From an uncultured Gammaproteobacteria bacterium (GTDB lineage: Bacteria; Patescibacteriota; Microgenomatia; UBA10105; UBA927), in contig CAZNKB010000002.1 in NCBI GenBank assembly GCA_964573695.1, forward strand, positions 109,898 through 173,897: a stretch of 64,000 bases of DNA, read 5' to 3'. The position numbers and the translations under genes are program-made. This document shows positions 1 through 9,101 of the stretch, in pieces. The notes under the pieces were generated by a model, which was not told the DNA's origin, did no database searches, and was given only the letters and a program-made list of their open reading frames with translations. Each line of letters opens with the position of its first letter. The first letter of the stretch is position 1.

Positions 1-2
1 GC

Positions 3-719
3 CGTAATCCAATTCACAATCGGGTTCCCGTACATCCGGAAAAAAATATCCACTGTCCCATTTCTCAGACCAAGAAAAACAAACACCGCGAGAAAACACT
101 GCCACACCGCCATGGATACCCTCTCCCACCGGGAAGCAGCTATCCACGCGCCGACACACATATACGCGGCAAACAGTATTGACACGTCGTACGAAAACGG
201 CAACCGCACCTGTTGCGGATTGATCATGAATGCTATGACCGCAAGTACGTGAGCCATGATCAACAACCCAAACCGTGTATGCTTACGCATCGGCTCTCGC
301 ACGACGGCAAATAACACTGCCGCGACAAAAAATGACGGCAAAAACCAAAGCGGACCGTTATAAACAATTCCCACGCCCGTAAACAATTGCCATAACCCCT
401 CCTGCCACGACACGAAAAGCACACTTCCAGGCGCGTACCACCGGAGAAAAAACCATATAACAAATGACAATAATCCATAAAACAGGTAGGGCAAAAGAAG
501 CGACACCGTGCGCGCCTTCACAAGCGCCATGAATGATCGCGAGGTATGTTGGGCACCGGTCGTCATGCCATAAAGCAGCGCAAACACCGGGAGCATCCAC
601 GGTGTGATGAGAGGAAGCAACTGATGTTGCAAGGGTAATAGATCGGTGTGGTAAGCAATCACCGTTACGATCGCTATCCCCCGCGCAATATCGACATAGG
701 TAAGCCTTGGTGACGCCAT
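3..719 (-). CDS. Acyltransferase family 3 (OafA-like membrane O-acyltransferase), partial, runs off left edge
   Basis: Not in ORF track; hand translation from ATG at 719: MASPRLTYVDIARGIAIVTVIAYH...WMLPVF..., matching the RxxxxDxxRGxAI..H / PxF pattern; hydrophobic. Confidence 0.8.
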   Translation of the reverse strand, partial: MASPRLTYVDIARGIAIVTVIAYHTDLLPLQHQLLPLITPWMLPVFALLYGMTTGAQHTSRSFMALVKARTVSLLLPYLFYGLLSFVIWFFLRWYAPGSVLFVSWQEGLWQLFTGVGIVYNGPLWFLPSFFVAAVLFAVVREPMRKHTRFGLLIMAHVLAVIAFMINPQQVRLPFSYDVSILFAAYMCVGAWIAASRWERVSMAVWQCFLAVFVFLGLRNGTVDIFFRMYGNPIVNWIT

Positions 720-729
720 AATACGGCGC

Positions 730-1425
730 TTATCGCGCAAATAAATTCTTATACAAGAGTAGCCAATACATCAGTCCCTCCATATACCCAAAGCAAAGGG
801 CGATCACTACTCCCCGCCAGCCGTCGCGCCAGCCTTCGTCTTTTATGGCACGCGCCCACACCATGTGCGGAGCATAGAGGAATAATTTTTTGAGGGTAAC
901 CCTCTCGCCTGCCTTCCTCTTCTCTCCAGCCATTTGCCAAGCGTATTTGGTAAATTTTTTAATTATTTGAATAAAGGACCGGTATGAATTGTGATAAATG
1001 GTTCCTTTCAATCTACCAATTTTTCCTATGGTAGCTATTTCTTCATGCACAGGTGCCAATATGACCCGGCCAAATTGCTTTCTAAATAATCTCGCTTTTG
1101 CGTAGTTCTCCCCTCCAAACTTAATTTGCTTACCAAACGCATAATTTCGATAAGGTATTTCATAAGCATGAATTCCCACAATTGGTTTTTCTATTATTTT
1201 TTTAATCTCAATAAGGGCCTCTTTTGAGATCAGCTCATCTGTATCAAGAACAAGAACCCAGTCATACGCAGCTTGATTAACTAAATTATTTTTTCTTAAT
1301 CCTAACGGCATAGCAGTGCCTGAAGATATATTTATTAGTAACTGAGGTGATAAAGGAGCTACGCTGGCAATCGCTAACGTTAACATTTTATCAATTTTGT
1401 TACTAATAATTACTAACGTAAGCAT
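730..1425 (-). CDS. Glycosyltransferase family 2 (WaaE/KdtX-like)
   Basis: DWVLVLDTDE DxD motif, RLF, VHE, C-terminal GWRDGWRG. Confidence 0.85.
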   Translation of the reverse strand: MLTLVIISNKIDKMLTLAIASVAPLSPQLLINISSGTAMPLGLRKNNLVNQAAYDWVLVLDTDELISKEALIEIKKIIEKPIVGIHAYEIPYRNYAFGKQIKFGGENYAKARLFRKQFGRVILAPVHEEIATIGKIGRLKGTIYHNSYRSFIQIIKKFTKYAWQMAGEKRKAGERVTLKKLFLYAPHMVWARAIKDEGWRDGWRGVVIALCFGYMEGLMYWLLLYKNLFAR

Positions 1426-1428
1426 AAT

Positions 1429-2280
1429 TTATTCTTTTTGAGCTAATACAACAACAAGACCACCTTTGTTTATTAGCCAAGAAAATCTCTCTAACACAAT
1501 TAATAGGGGCATTAACGAATAGAAAATGATTTTAGTAATAACATTTTTTGAAAATCTTCCTTTTACATTTAAAATAAAATCGCTTGTATCCTCATATGTA
1601 TAATTTTTTAAAATTGTAAATCCGTTGGAGGTCAAAAATTTATTTAGGCTATTTACCGAAAAATGCACCGTATGATCTGGTGGAGACCACCAATCCCATT
1701 TATTCCCTGATAAAATGGCCATTAAACTTACATAATTTGGAGCTTGAATTAAAATAGTGCCCTTAGGCTTTATTACTCTTCTTATCTCAATAATGTTTTC
1801 TTTAAGATTTACACTATGCTCTAAAACATCGAGACAAGAAAGAACGTCGAAATAATTTTTTGGGTATGGAATACTATTCATTTTACCAATCTTTACATCA
1901 ATACCAGTATTTCTGCGCGCAATTTCTCTTAATTCTTTATTCGGTTCGATGCCAAATACTTTTAAATTTGTATTTGCTGTATCTAAAACATAGTGAATAA
2001 AATAGCCCGTACCACAACCAATATCCAATAATTTCCCTTTGATATTATATTTGGTAAAAAGTGCCAGATATCTTTGATATCTTTTTTGAATCCTGGGGAG
2101 ATTATTTTTGTACTCAGATGCGTATTTTTGAGAGTAAGTTTTGATATTGTTCGCCTCAACGATTTCACTTTTAACCTCAGTGCAAAGAATGCCACAATTT
2201 CTGCAGCGACTGATCCTATATTTATTAACTAATATGTATTTAGTAAACTCTCTCAAGCCACACGAGGGACACTGAAACAT
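1429..2280 (-). CDS. Class I SAM-dependent methyltransferase with N-terminal Zn-binding region
   Basis: CPSC...CRNC, LLDIGCGTG, DVLEH, PPDH. Confidence 0.9.
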   Translation of the reverse strand: MFQCPSCGLREFTKYILVNKYRISRCRNCGILCTEVKSEIVEANNIKTYSQKYASEYKNNLPRIQKRYQRYLALFTKYNIKGKLLDIGCGTGYFIHYVLDTANTNLKVFGIEPNKELREIARRNTGIDVKIGKMNSIPYPKNYFDVLSCLDVLEHSVNLKENIIEIRRVIKPKGTILIQAPNYVSLMAILSGNKWDWWSPPDHTVHFSVNSLNKFLTSNGFTILKNYTYEDTSDFILNVKGRFSKNVITKIIFYSLMPLLIVLERFSWLINKGGLVVVLAQKE

Positions 2281-2380
2281 GAGGCTAGTTTAACATATTC
2301 GTATATTGTGAGTTGCAGTACATACAGCTCACAGCTCAAATGTTATCTTCAGAAAGTCTTACAATCGCAGGAGAAATTTA

Positions 2381-4402
2381 GTGAAAAAAATCCTGTCCGC
2401 TCTAGCAGTTACACTAATCTTATTTGCTATCCTTTTGCCTTCAACTGTTAAGGCAGATGTAATTTTTGCAGACTCATTTTTTGAAGGATACAATGAGTCA
2501 GCTTGGCATACGCCAGCAGAATCAACCTCACCTGTACCTTCTACATTTGGAATTACCGGCGTAAATTCTAATACTTGGAGTGTTATTGAATACTTAACTA
2601 ACTGGAACAACACTTATGAGATTCAGTTTGATATAAAAATTAATAACAATAACAGCCCACATACGTGGGGAATCGGTATAGGGGACAACGCTAACCACTG
2701 GAAAATTTTAAATACATGGCAATCTTCTTTACAACTTCACGATTCAAATGGACAAGATAAGTTAATCCCCTGGGATCATTCTATAGGAATTCACCATTTT
2801 AAGATTCGTATCTCTCCCCAGGGAGATACATTAATTACTGTTATTGAAGGTGAAGAACAACTTCCAACACTTTTGACAACAACCGATTTTACGATTACTA
2901 AGGTATGGGTTTCTTTTTTAGGCAATGGTGATTACGAAATGGCCAACTTTGTTCTCTCAACGTACGACCCGCCTACTCCAACAAACACCCCCACACCAAC
3001 TCCGAGCAACACACCGACTCCAACAAACACCCCCACACCAACTCCGAGCAACACACCGACTCCAACATTAACCCCCACACCAACTCCCACACCAACTCCT
3101 ACGGCCGAACCCACACCCGCTCTTCCCAAGAAAGTCATTGTACTTCATGGGGCTGGAGGAAGCTGGAATAAAGATGCCCTCATAAACTGTAAAACGGATA
3201 ATTATTCAGGTGCGTGGTCGCCATGGCGAATATCCAATTTTGATATCTACCAGCCACTCATAAACGCTATAGACGCTGCCGGCTTTACCTCAGTTCCCTA
3301 TTATTATGACTGGCGCCAAGTTGCGACGAATACAAGTGGAAAGTTTAACTCATACATCTCCTCCAGGTTAGCTTCAGATGAAACATTCGATATTGTTGGT
3401 CACAGTTTCGGAGGACTTGTTGCCCGCGCCTATATGGAATCCACACAGGAAAACAGCCGTGTAGACAAACTATTAACGGTCGGCTCTCCTCATCAAGGAT
3501 CTGTTTTTGCCTACCCCGCGTGGTCAGGCGGTGAAATGTGGTTAGATGACGCGGCTATGCGGCTTGGTTACACGATTATGAAAATCGGCTGTCTTCGTCG
3601 GGGAATGACCGCCCGGGAAATGATAACGAAAACTATGCCTTCCGTCCAGAATATTTTACCCACCTTCGATTATCTCAAGGACACCAAAGGCAATCTGAAA
3701 CCGCTTTCAGCCATGGCGGCAAAAAATAATTGGCTGCCGACCTCTTTTGCGTCTCCCTATTTTAATACGACGATCGAAACAATTACTGGCAGTGGATACA
3801 ACACACTGAACACGCTTGAAATTAAAGACGCAGGCAAGTTGGATAAACGGCTCGGTAATTGGTTAGACGGCAAACCTACAAACGATAAAACATATAGCGA
3901 CGGTGACGGTACAGTATTAGCACAAAGCGCTCAATTGCCAGGCGCCCTAAATACAATCCTTCCGCTTGATCACGCCGCACTTATGTATGACCCTTCTGGT
4001 ATCGCCTCCATTATCCGTTTTCTTCATGGACAGCCTCCACCTCAACCACTACGCCTAAATAATCAACTGGAAATAGAACATAAAGTGCCACGCAAAACAG
4101 CAGCGCTCATGGTTATTGTAGACGGAGCGCGCGCCACACTTACGGACAACAAGGGGAATATTACAAAGGATTCGGAAGGCCAAATAACAATTCTTGATCC
4201 GAGCCCGAAAACATACACCTTAACAGTCACTCCCGAACATAAGTGGTGGTGGAAATCCAAATATAAATTAATCGTTGTGCAACTATTTGAGGACGGATCA
4301 TATAAGTGGAAAGAATACGATCGGTACAATCCCACAAAAAAGCGCTTTAAGATCCTTTTCGACAACACAAACAGACACGACGATATTCTTCAAGATCATT
4401 AG
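2381..4402 (+). CDS. Secreted alpha/beta hydrolase (LCAT/PGAP1 lipase-like) with N-terminal beta-rich domain and Pro/Thr linker
   Basis: GTG start after AGGAG; signal peptide; LHGAGG, YDWR, GHSFGG nucleophile elbow, GSPHQGS, DGDGTV, DH. Confidence 0.85.
   Translation: MKKILSALAVTLILFAILLPSTVKADVIFADSFFEGYNESAWHTPAESTSPVPSTFGITGVNSNTWSVIEYLTNWNNTYEIQFDIKINNNNSPHTWGIGIGDNANHWKILNTWQSSLQLHDSNGQDKLIPWDHSIGIHHFKIRISPQGDTLITVIEGEEQLPTLLTTTDFTITKVWVSFLGNGDYEMANFVLSTYDPPTPTNTPTPTPSNTPTPTNTPTPTPSNTPTPTLTPTPTPTPTPTAEPTPALPKKVIVLHGAGGSWNKDALINCKTDNYSGAWSPWRISNFDIYQPLINAIDAAGFTSVPYYYDWRQVATNTSGKFNSYISSRLASDETFDIVGHSFGGLVARAYMESTQENSRVDKLLTVGSPHQGSVFAYPAWSGGEMWLDDAAMRLGYTIMKIGCLRRGMTAREMITKTMPSVQNILPTFDYLKDTKGNLKPLSAMAAKNNWLPTSFASPYFNTTIETITGSGYNTLNTLEIKDAGKLDKRLGNWLDGKPTNDKTYSDGDGTVLAQSAQLPGALNTILPLDHAALMYDPSGIASIIRFLHGQPPPQPLRLNNQLEIEHKVPRKTAALMVIVDGARATLTDNKGNITKDSEGQITILDPSPKTYTLTVTPEHKWWWKSKYKLIVVQLFEDGSYKWKEYDRYNPTKKRFKILFDNTNRHDDILQDH
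2975..3067 (+). repeat. 42-bp perfect tandem repeat (about 2.2 copies) encoding the Pro/Thr linker
   Basis: actccaacaaacacccccacaccaactccgagcaacacaccg at 2975-3016 and 3017-3058, plus a partial third copy. Confidence 0.9.
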
Positions 4403-4433
4403 CTTCACACATCGGAAGTGTGAAGCTAATGAT
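4395..4433. terminator. 16-bp perfect inverted repeat overlapping the hydrolase stop codon (terminator-like)
   Basis: ATCATTAGCTTCACAC-atcggaa-GTGTGAAGCTAATGAT; no U-tract. Confidence 0.5.
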
Positions 4434-4474
4434 AGAACTGAGGATAGATACCATAAATTTCAAAAAAGCGCCTA

Positions 4475-4534
4475 TTGACCTTCTAAATAGCTCATGTATA
4501 ATCCATATAAATTAGCTGCCCGCATTTAAGGAGG
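4475..4534 (+). promoter_or_regulatory. sigma70 promoter and strong Shine-Dalgarno site
   Basis: TTGACC(4475)-16nt-TATAAT(4497); AAGGAGG at 4528-4534, 7 nt before ATG 4542. Confidence 0.7.
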
Positions 4535-4541
4535 AATCAGT

Positions 4542-4766
4542 ATGAAAGGTAGAAATTCAAGACAACAAGCAGGTATGATCCGCGCACAAGGTCGGAAACG
4601 CCATAATCGCGCACTCCGTGAAGAGCAGCTCCGTGGAGAAGCAATGCAATTAGGTATCCCACTCCAAGAACACAAACAAAATTTGTTTGACGAAGTACAA
4701 TTCTTGCGTAAGCACCCACCGGTTCGAGAACAAAAACCGAACCGCAGAGAGTCCTATTTGTGGTAA
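4542..4766 (+). CDS. Small basic hypothetical protein (74 aa)
   Basis: Own promoter and consensus SD; Arg/Gln-rich. Confidence 0.7.
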   Translation: MKGRNSRQQAGMIRAQGRKRHNRALREEQLRGEAMQLGIPLQEHKQNLFDEVQFLRKHPPVREQKPNRRESYLW

Positions 4767-4779
4767 TACAATAGCTCAC

Positions 4780-5052
4780 TTATATCGCTCGTTCCGGCTT
4801 CACAAACACGACTTCATGGCCGAGCTCATGGTGCTGCATAGCCGTATCTTCTGCAATGTGAAATCGGATCCTATCCCGTAAATTTTTGACCTGGCCTTCA
4901 AAAAATACCCGTTCACAGCTGGAACAGTAAAGCCTACGCACAGAAGGCTTGCCTTCTGCCTTATAAAGGATTGTCGCGAAAAATCTATGCTGCCAATCGT
5001 GATACCACGTAGGACTGGTAAATTCCGTAGACCGGGATCGTCTTGGGCGCAT
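4780..5052 (-). CDS. Small hypothetical protein, possible Zn finger (90 aa)
   Basis: ATG at 5052 preceded by TACAAT; CSSC...H...HHELGH. Confidence 0.55.
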   Translation of the reverse strand: MRPRRSRSTEFTSPTWYHDWQHRFFATILYKAEGKPSVRRLYCSSCERVFFEGQVKNLRDRIRFHIAEDTAMQHHELGHEVVFVKPERAI

Positions 5053-5099
5053 ATTGGGAGCATTGTACGCCCCAAAGGCAATTTGTCCAATGACCAATT

Positions 5100-5720
5100 C
5101 TACAGCGTGGGAGTGGCCGACGGTGTGGCCTGTGTTGGTTTTGGGGTAGCAGTTACCGGCAGTGGGCACTCACCGCTCCAAAGCCCTTTCTTCTCCTCTA
5201 GCGCCAGACGCTGTGCCTCTACAAAAAGGGATTGGTACTTCACATCCGGCGGATAGGTGCTCACCTGGGCAAATCCCTCTCGCACCAGCTGTTCATTGAT
5301 CAGGCTATCCCCGACCCACACAAACCGAAGCAATCGGCCGTACCGGTCACGCTGCGACACGTCTTTTTCCAGTTCTACTGTTTTACCCTGCACGAGTTCT
5401 TTGTTTCGGGCTGACGCTTCACGCCCCATGCACTCGACTGGTCGATTGGGGGCTACCGTTTCCGGCGTATTTATCCCGATATAGCGGACTACCTCTCCTC
5501 CTTCTATCTTGATCGTGTCACCGTCCACGACACTTACAACAGTCGTAAATATTCCACCATGCTTGGCTTCTAAAGTAGCAGAAGGACTCGCCATCGAAGT
5601 CGGAAGTGGCGTAGGAGTGGGCTTCGGTACTGTTTCCTTGGCCTTGCCGGTTCCCAGAAGATACGAGATCAGAATGAGCGAAAACCCAACTACGAGGCGG
5701 ATAAGTCGTTTGTTGGTCAT
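5100..5720 (-). CDS. Thermonuclease (SNase-like), membrane-anchored or secreted
   Basis: VVDGDTI, VRYIGINTPE, DRYGRLLR, KKGLW. Confidence 0.95.
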   Translation of the reverse strand: MTNKRLIRLVVGFSLILISYLLGTGKAKETVPKPTPTPLPTSMASPSATLEAKHGGIFTTVVSVVDGDTIKIEGGEVVRYIGINTPETVAPNRPVECMGREASARNKELVQGKTVELEKDVSQRDRYGRLLRFVWVGDSLINEQLVREGFAQVSTYPPDVKYQSLFVEAQRLALEEKKGLWSGECPLPVTATPKPTQATPSATPTL

Positions 5721-5723
5721 AGA

Positions 5724-6077
5724 TTATCCTGCTGATACGCCGTCGGGCACAGGAGCTTCCGGTTGAGCAAAAACAGGTGTGATACCGTTTGCATATCCTA
5801 TATCGAACATCATGCCTTCAGAAATCTCGCCCATGAGTTTTTTCGGCTCAAGGTTTACGACAAAAAGCGCCTGCTTCCCTACGACATCCGCCACATTGGC
5901 GCGTTCTTTTTTTAGCCCGACGAGGATGCGTCTGGTAAATGCGCCGAAATTTACGGTCAAACGTACAAGTTTGTCCGAACCCGCGACGTCTTCAACGCTG
6001 GTAATCGTCCCGACTCGGATATCTACCTTCTCAAGGTCGGAGAATTGTATGGTCGGCTTGAGGGGAAGGATGTTCAT
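5724..6077 (-). CDS. tRNA-binding OB-fold protein (Trbp111/CsaA family)
   Basis: KVDIRVGTI, DKL, VNLEPKKLMGEISEGM. Confidence 0.9.
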   Translation of the reverse strand: MNILPLKPTIQFSDLEKVDIRVGTITSVEDVAGSDKLVRLTVNFGAFTRRILVGLKKERANVADVVGKQALFVVNLEPKKLMGEISEGMMFDIGYANGITPVFAQPEAPVPDGVSAG

Positions 6078-6079
6078 AC

Positions 6080-6156
6080 TGGTGGACCCGAGAGGACTTG
6101 AACCTCTGACCTTTTCAATGTCAATGAAACGCTCTAGCCAGCTGAGCTACGGGTCC
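6080..6156 (-). tRNA. tRNA-Val(GAC), CCA encoded
   Basis: GGACCCGTAGCTCAGCTGGCTAGAGCG-TTTCA-TTGACAT-TGAAA-AGGTCAGAGGTTCAAGTCCTCTCGGGTCCACCA cloverleaf. Confidence 0.97.
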
Positions 6157-6192
6157 TATAAAACTCACTTATTATACCTTCTTTTCCACCGC

Positions 6193-6221
6193 TTGACCAC
6201 CTACATACAGTACACTACACT
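6193..6221 (+). promoter_or_regulatory. sigma70 promoter for lepB
   Basis: TTGACC-17nt-TACACT, 10 nt before ATG 6232. Confidence 0.65.
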
Positions 6222-6231
6222 AAAAATACGT

Positions 6232-6795
6232 ATGCTCAAGCTACTGGGTAAAGGTGTTGCGGCGGTGTTTGATTTTCTCCAGGGAATCGTGGCTATCGCA
6301 GCCGTTATGGTCATGGTGTATCTCTTTATCATGTCTCCGCAGGAAGTGAGCGGTCACTCCATGGAACCCAATTTCCAAAACGGCGACTACATTCTCACCA
6401 ACAAAGTCATCTATAAGCTAAAAGACCCGCAGCGCGGAGATATCGTCATTTTTAAATCCCCGTCAAACAAAGATATCGATTACATCAAGCGTGTGATTGG
6501 ACTCCCGGGAGAGACAGTGATGCTGAGCAAACAACATTTTTACATCAATGGTAAATTGCTCGAGGAACGCTATGAGTACAACAAGCCGGTTTATGGCGAA
6601 TCATTTATGCAGGAAGACGAAGTCATAGAAATTCCAACGGATCATTATTTTGTCGTCGGAGACAACCGCCCGGGAAGTTCGGATTCCCGAGAGTTTGGCC
6701 CGGTTTCCAAGTACGATTTCATCGGACAGGCTTTCCTCCGCTACTGGCCCACGAAAGATTTTGGAATCCTTCCTCATCCCACCTACGACTTCTGA
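6232..6795 (+). CDS. lepB: Signal peptidase I
   Basis: GHSMEPN (Ser), YIKRVIGLPG (Lys), GDNR..S.DSR.FG; start reassigned to ATG 6232. Confidence 0.95.
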   Translation: MLKLLGKGVAAVFDFLQGIVAIAAVMVMVYLFIMSPQEVSGHSMEPNFQNGDYILTNKVIYKLKDPQRGDIVIFKSPSNKDIDYIKRVIGLPGETVMLSKQHFYINGKLLEERYEYNKPVYGESFMQEDEVIEIPTDHYFVVGDNRPGSSDSREFGPVSKYDFIGQAFLRYWPTKDFGILPHPTYDF

Positions 6796-6862
6796 CGCAC
6801 GCAAAAAAACCAATGTCTTTCCGTGTGTGGGAGTTATGCATGCTACACGAGGACGACGCGTG

Positions 6863-7678
6863 TTATTTTTTACCCGAAAGTTTTTCGTGAACCAGTTTGA
6901 GGGCCTGGCTGGTCGTCTCTAAATTGCCGCGTATCACAAATACGAGCCGTGCTTCCACTTTGGATTGGGTAATTTTTACCAACCCGTTGACGGACTGCGC
7001 CAAATCTTTGGCTATCGCATCCAGTTCATCGGAATGAATACGCTCGATTTTGTGAGCTGGCTGTTGATCGGAATTTGCCTTGAGTCTGCGGGCCAAGTCT
7101 TCGGCTCTGCGAACTGACGCGCTTTCGGATAATATCGTCTTATACGCATCCACCATGAGCTTGACGTCGTTGAGCCCTGCGATTGCGCGGGCGTGTCCTT
7201 CACTGATCGCTCCTGATACCAATCCGTCTTTAATCGCATCCGGTAATGCCAGCAACCGCATGGTGTTGGACACATAAGATTCGCTTTTTCCGATCCGCTT
7301 TGCAATCATCGTGACAGCCAACCCGAATTCCTCGATCAAGCGCTGGAATGCGAGCGCGCGATCAATGGGATTTAGGTCTACGCGCTGGACGTTTTCGACA
7401 AGCGCCATTTCCAACATGCCCTTGGCGGATGTTTCTTTGATGATAACGGGCACGGTGGTAAGTCCGGCTACTTTGGAAGCTCTCCAGCGACGTTCCCCGG
7501 CGATAATCTGGTATCCGGCGGGTGTTTTGGCGATAACAAGCGGCTCTATGATGCCGTGCTCTTTGATTGAATCAACGAGGTCTGCCAACTGCTCCGGATT
7601 GATCATTCCCCGCGGTTGGAGCGGGTTCGGTTGTAATAGATCTAAGTCTAAATGCAGGATCTGTTGGGTATCTGCCAT
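6863..7678 (-). CDS. parB: Chromosome partitioning protein ParB/Spo0J
   Basis: PNPLQPR, IIAGERRWRA, ENVQRVDL, HTH, GHARA. Confidence 0.95.
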   Translation of the reverse strand: MADTQQILHLDLDLLQPNPLQPRGMINPEQLADLVDSIKEHGIIEPLVIAKTPAGYQIIAGERRWRASKVAGLTTVPVIIKETSAKGMLEMALVENVQRVDLNPIDRALAFQRLIEEFGLAVTMIAKRIGKSESYVSNTMRLLALPDAIKDGLVSGAISEGHARAIAGLNDVKLMVDAYKTILSESASVRRAEDLARRLKANSDQQPAHKIERIHSDELDAIAKDLAQSVNGLVKITQSKVEARLVFVIRGNLETTSQALKLVHEKLSGKK

Positions 7679-7682
7679 TGAT

Positions 7683-7940
7683 TTATCCGTGCGAGGGCAA
7701 GACCGACACGTACCGTTTACCACGCTTGGTGATAAAAGAAACTACGCCAGCTACCGTTGCAAATATGGTGAAGTCTTTCCCCATGTCTACACCGGTTCCG
7801 GGATAAAATTTCGATCCTTTTTGCCGGACGATCACGTTTCCGGCAATGGCCTGTTGGCCACCATAAATCTTCACGCCTAAACGTTTCGAAATCGAATCTT
7901 TATTCCCTTTGGCGGTTCCGCCTGCTTTTACGTGTGCCAT
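7683..7940 (-). CDS. rpmA: 50S ribosomal protein L27
   Basis: [24 protein letters not shown]. Confidence 0.97.
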   Translation of the reverse strand: MAHVKAGGTAKGNKDSISKRLGVKIYGGQQAIAGNVIVRQKGSKFYPGTGVDMGKDFTIFATVAGVVSFITKRGKRYVSVLPSHG

Positions 7941-7943
7941 AAA

Positions 7944-9098
7944 TTAGTTCTTTCGAAAAATATAAAATTCGCGTCTGACAATCGCTTGTGGACGGCTATA
8001 CTCTATAGGTCCAGTGAGGAGAGTATATCCGAGGCTCATCCCCCTGTCAACAACATTTTTCACGCGGAGCACTCTCCCTCCCACCATATACACGGGCATT
8101 GCCATGACAATCCGCGCATCGTGTCTTAGTAAATTAGCCCACTCGCGAAGTGCTCCGATATACAATTTTTCTAAGCCCTTAAGCACGTTTTTTACTTTTT
8201 CCGGGGTGAGCTTGGCGGCATCTTTGGTATCGACCGTTTCCCCCATAAACGGCTCGGTGGCAATCGCATCGATACTATTGGGAGTGATATGAGAGGAAAG
8301 GTGGGTCGCATCGGATACGAAAATATTTGCATACAAGGGATCAATCGACGAATACTGACGCCGCAGCCATTCCAGATTTTTTTTCGCGTGTGCCACTGCT
8401 ACCTCCGAAACATCGCTCCCTGTCGTATTGGCACCCCGCAGCAGGCTTTCTGCAAGGATAGTTCCCACGCCGCAAAACGGATCCAACAACATCGGATGAT
8501 GATCCGGCTTGGGTCGCTCTCCGTCGAGCGCAATATTGACAATCATGCGTGCGACTTTCGGAGGGAGCATGCCTGCTTTGGGATCGGGGGCCGGCCGGCC
8601 GAAATCGCGGGTGTTCCAATCTTCAAAATCCTGTACCGCACGTGTCACGCCGACGAGATATCCTTCGGAGTCACCAATCACAACAAGCTCCGTTACCTGT
8701 TGTTTGGAAACCACCACACTGGAAAGTGTTTCGTTGTGTTTGGTTTCTATGTATCGGGCGGAAATCCCGCGCTGGGACAATAGTTTCTTACAGTTAGTCA
8801 GCATAGCCGGTGTCACATGCGCCCGGCCATAGGCGCTCATACCGAATGTCACGCGCCCACCCTGAACGTGTTTTACGAGTTCCTCAAACAAACTGTCCGT
8901 GTCCAATTTCTGAATTTTTGTGGTTATACTCACGATTTTTACCGTTCCCCCGAGCGTATGGATCATAGCCTGAAAATCCACGTCTTCCGATACCAATGCC
9001 GCGTCTTGGGAAATAAGCTTCGCAGAGGGGAAAAATGATTGGAGTTCTAAAAAAGAAAGCTGTGGGGTTCTTCCGAATATAAATGCGGTTTGTTTCAT
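7944..9098 (-). CDS. Trm11/TrmG10-like RNA methyltransferase
   Basis: MLPPKVARMIVN, LLDPFCGVGT, GSD, ATEPF. Confidence 0.75.
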   Translation of the reverse strand: MKQTAFIFGRTPQLSFLELQSFFPSAKLISQDAALVSEDVDFQAMIHTLGGTVKIVSITTKIQKLDTDSLFEELVKHVQGGRVTFGMSAYGRAHVTPAMLTNCKKLLSQRGISARYIETKHNETLSSVVVSKQQVTELVVIGDSEGYLVGVTRAVQDFEDWNTRDFGRPAPDPKAGMLPPKVARMIVNIALDGERPKPDHHPMLLDPFCGVGTILAESLLRGANTTGSDVSEVAVAHAKKNLEWLRRQYSSIDPLYANIFVSDATHLSSHITPNSIDAIATEPFMGETVDTKDAAKLTPEKVKNVLKGLEKLYIGALREWANLLRHDARIVMAMPVYMVGGRVLRVKNVVDRGMSLGYTLLTGPIEYSRPQAIVRREFYIFRKN

Positions 9099-9101
9099 GC
9101 C

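Noticed and set aside
2975-3120. Possible CRISPR-like repeats
   Set aside because: In-frame tandem repeats without spacers, encoding a Pro/Thr linker; no cas genes
4800-5090. Alternative 96-aa minus ORF
   Set aside because: It overlaps the 4780-5052 frame, which has a -10 box and a metal-binding pattern; the choice is not certain
4400-6156. Integrative element at tRNA-Val
   Set aside because: No integrase and no duplicated tRNA 3' end seen
5779-6231. N-terminal extension of the 338-aa lepB ORF
   Set aside because: It runs antisense through the tRNA-binding gene and tRNA-Val; promoter and homology support ATG 6232
6796-6862. parS site or strong terminator after parB
   Set aside because: No TGTTTCACGTGAAACA-like palindrome; only a weak imperfect hairpin
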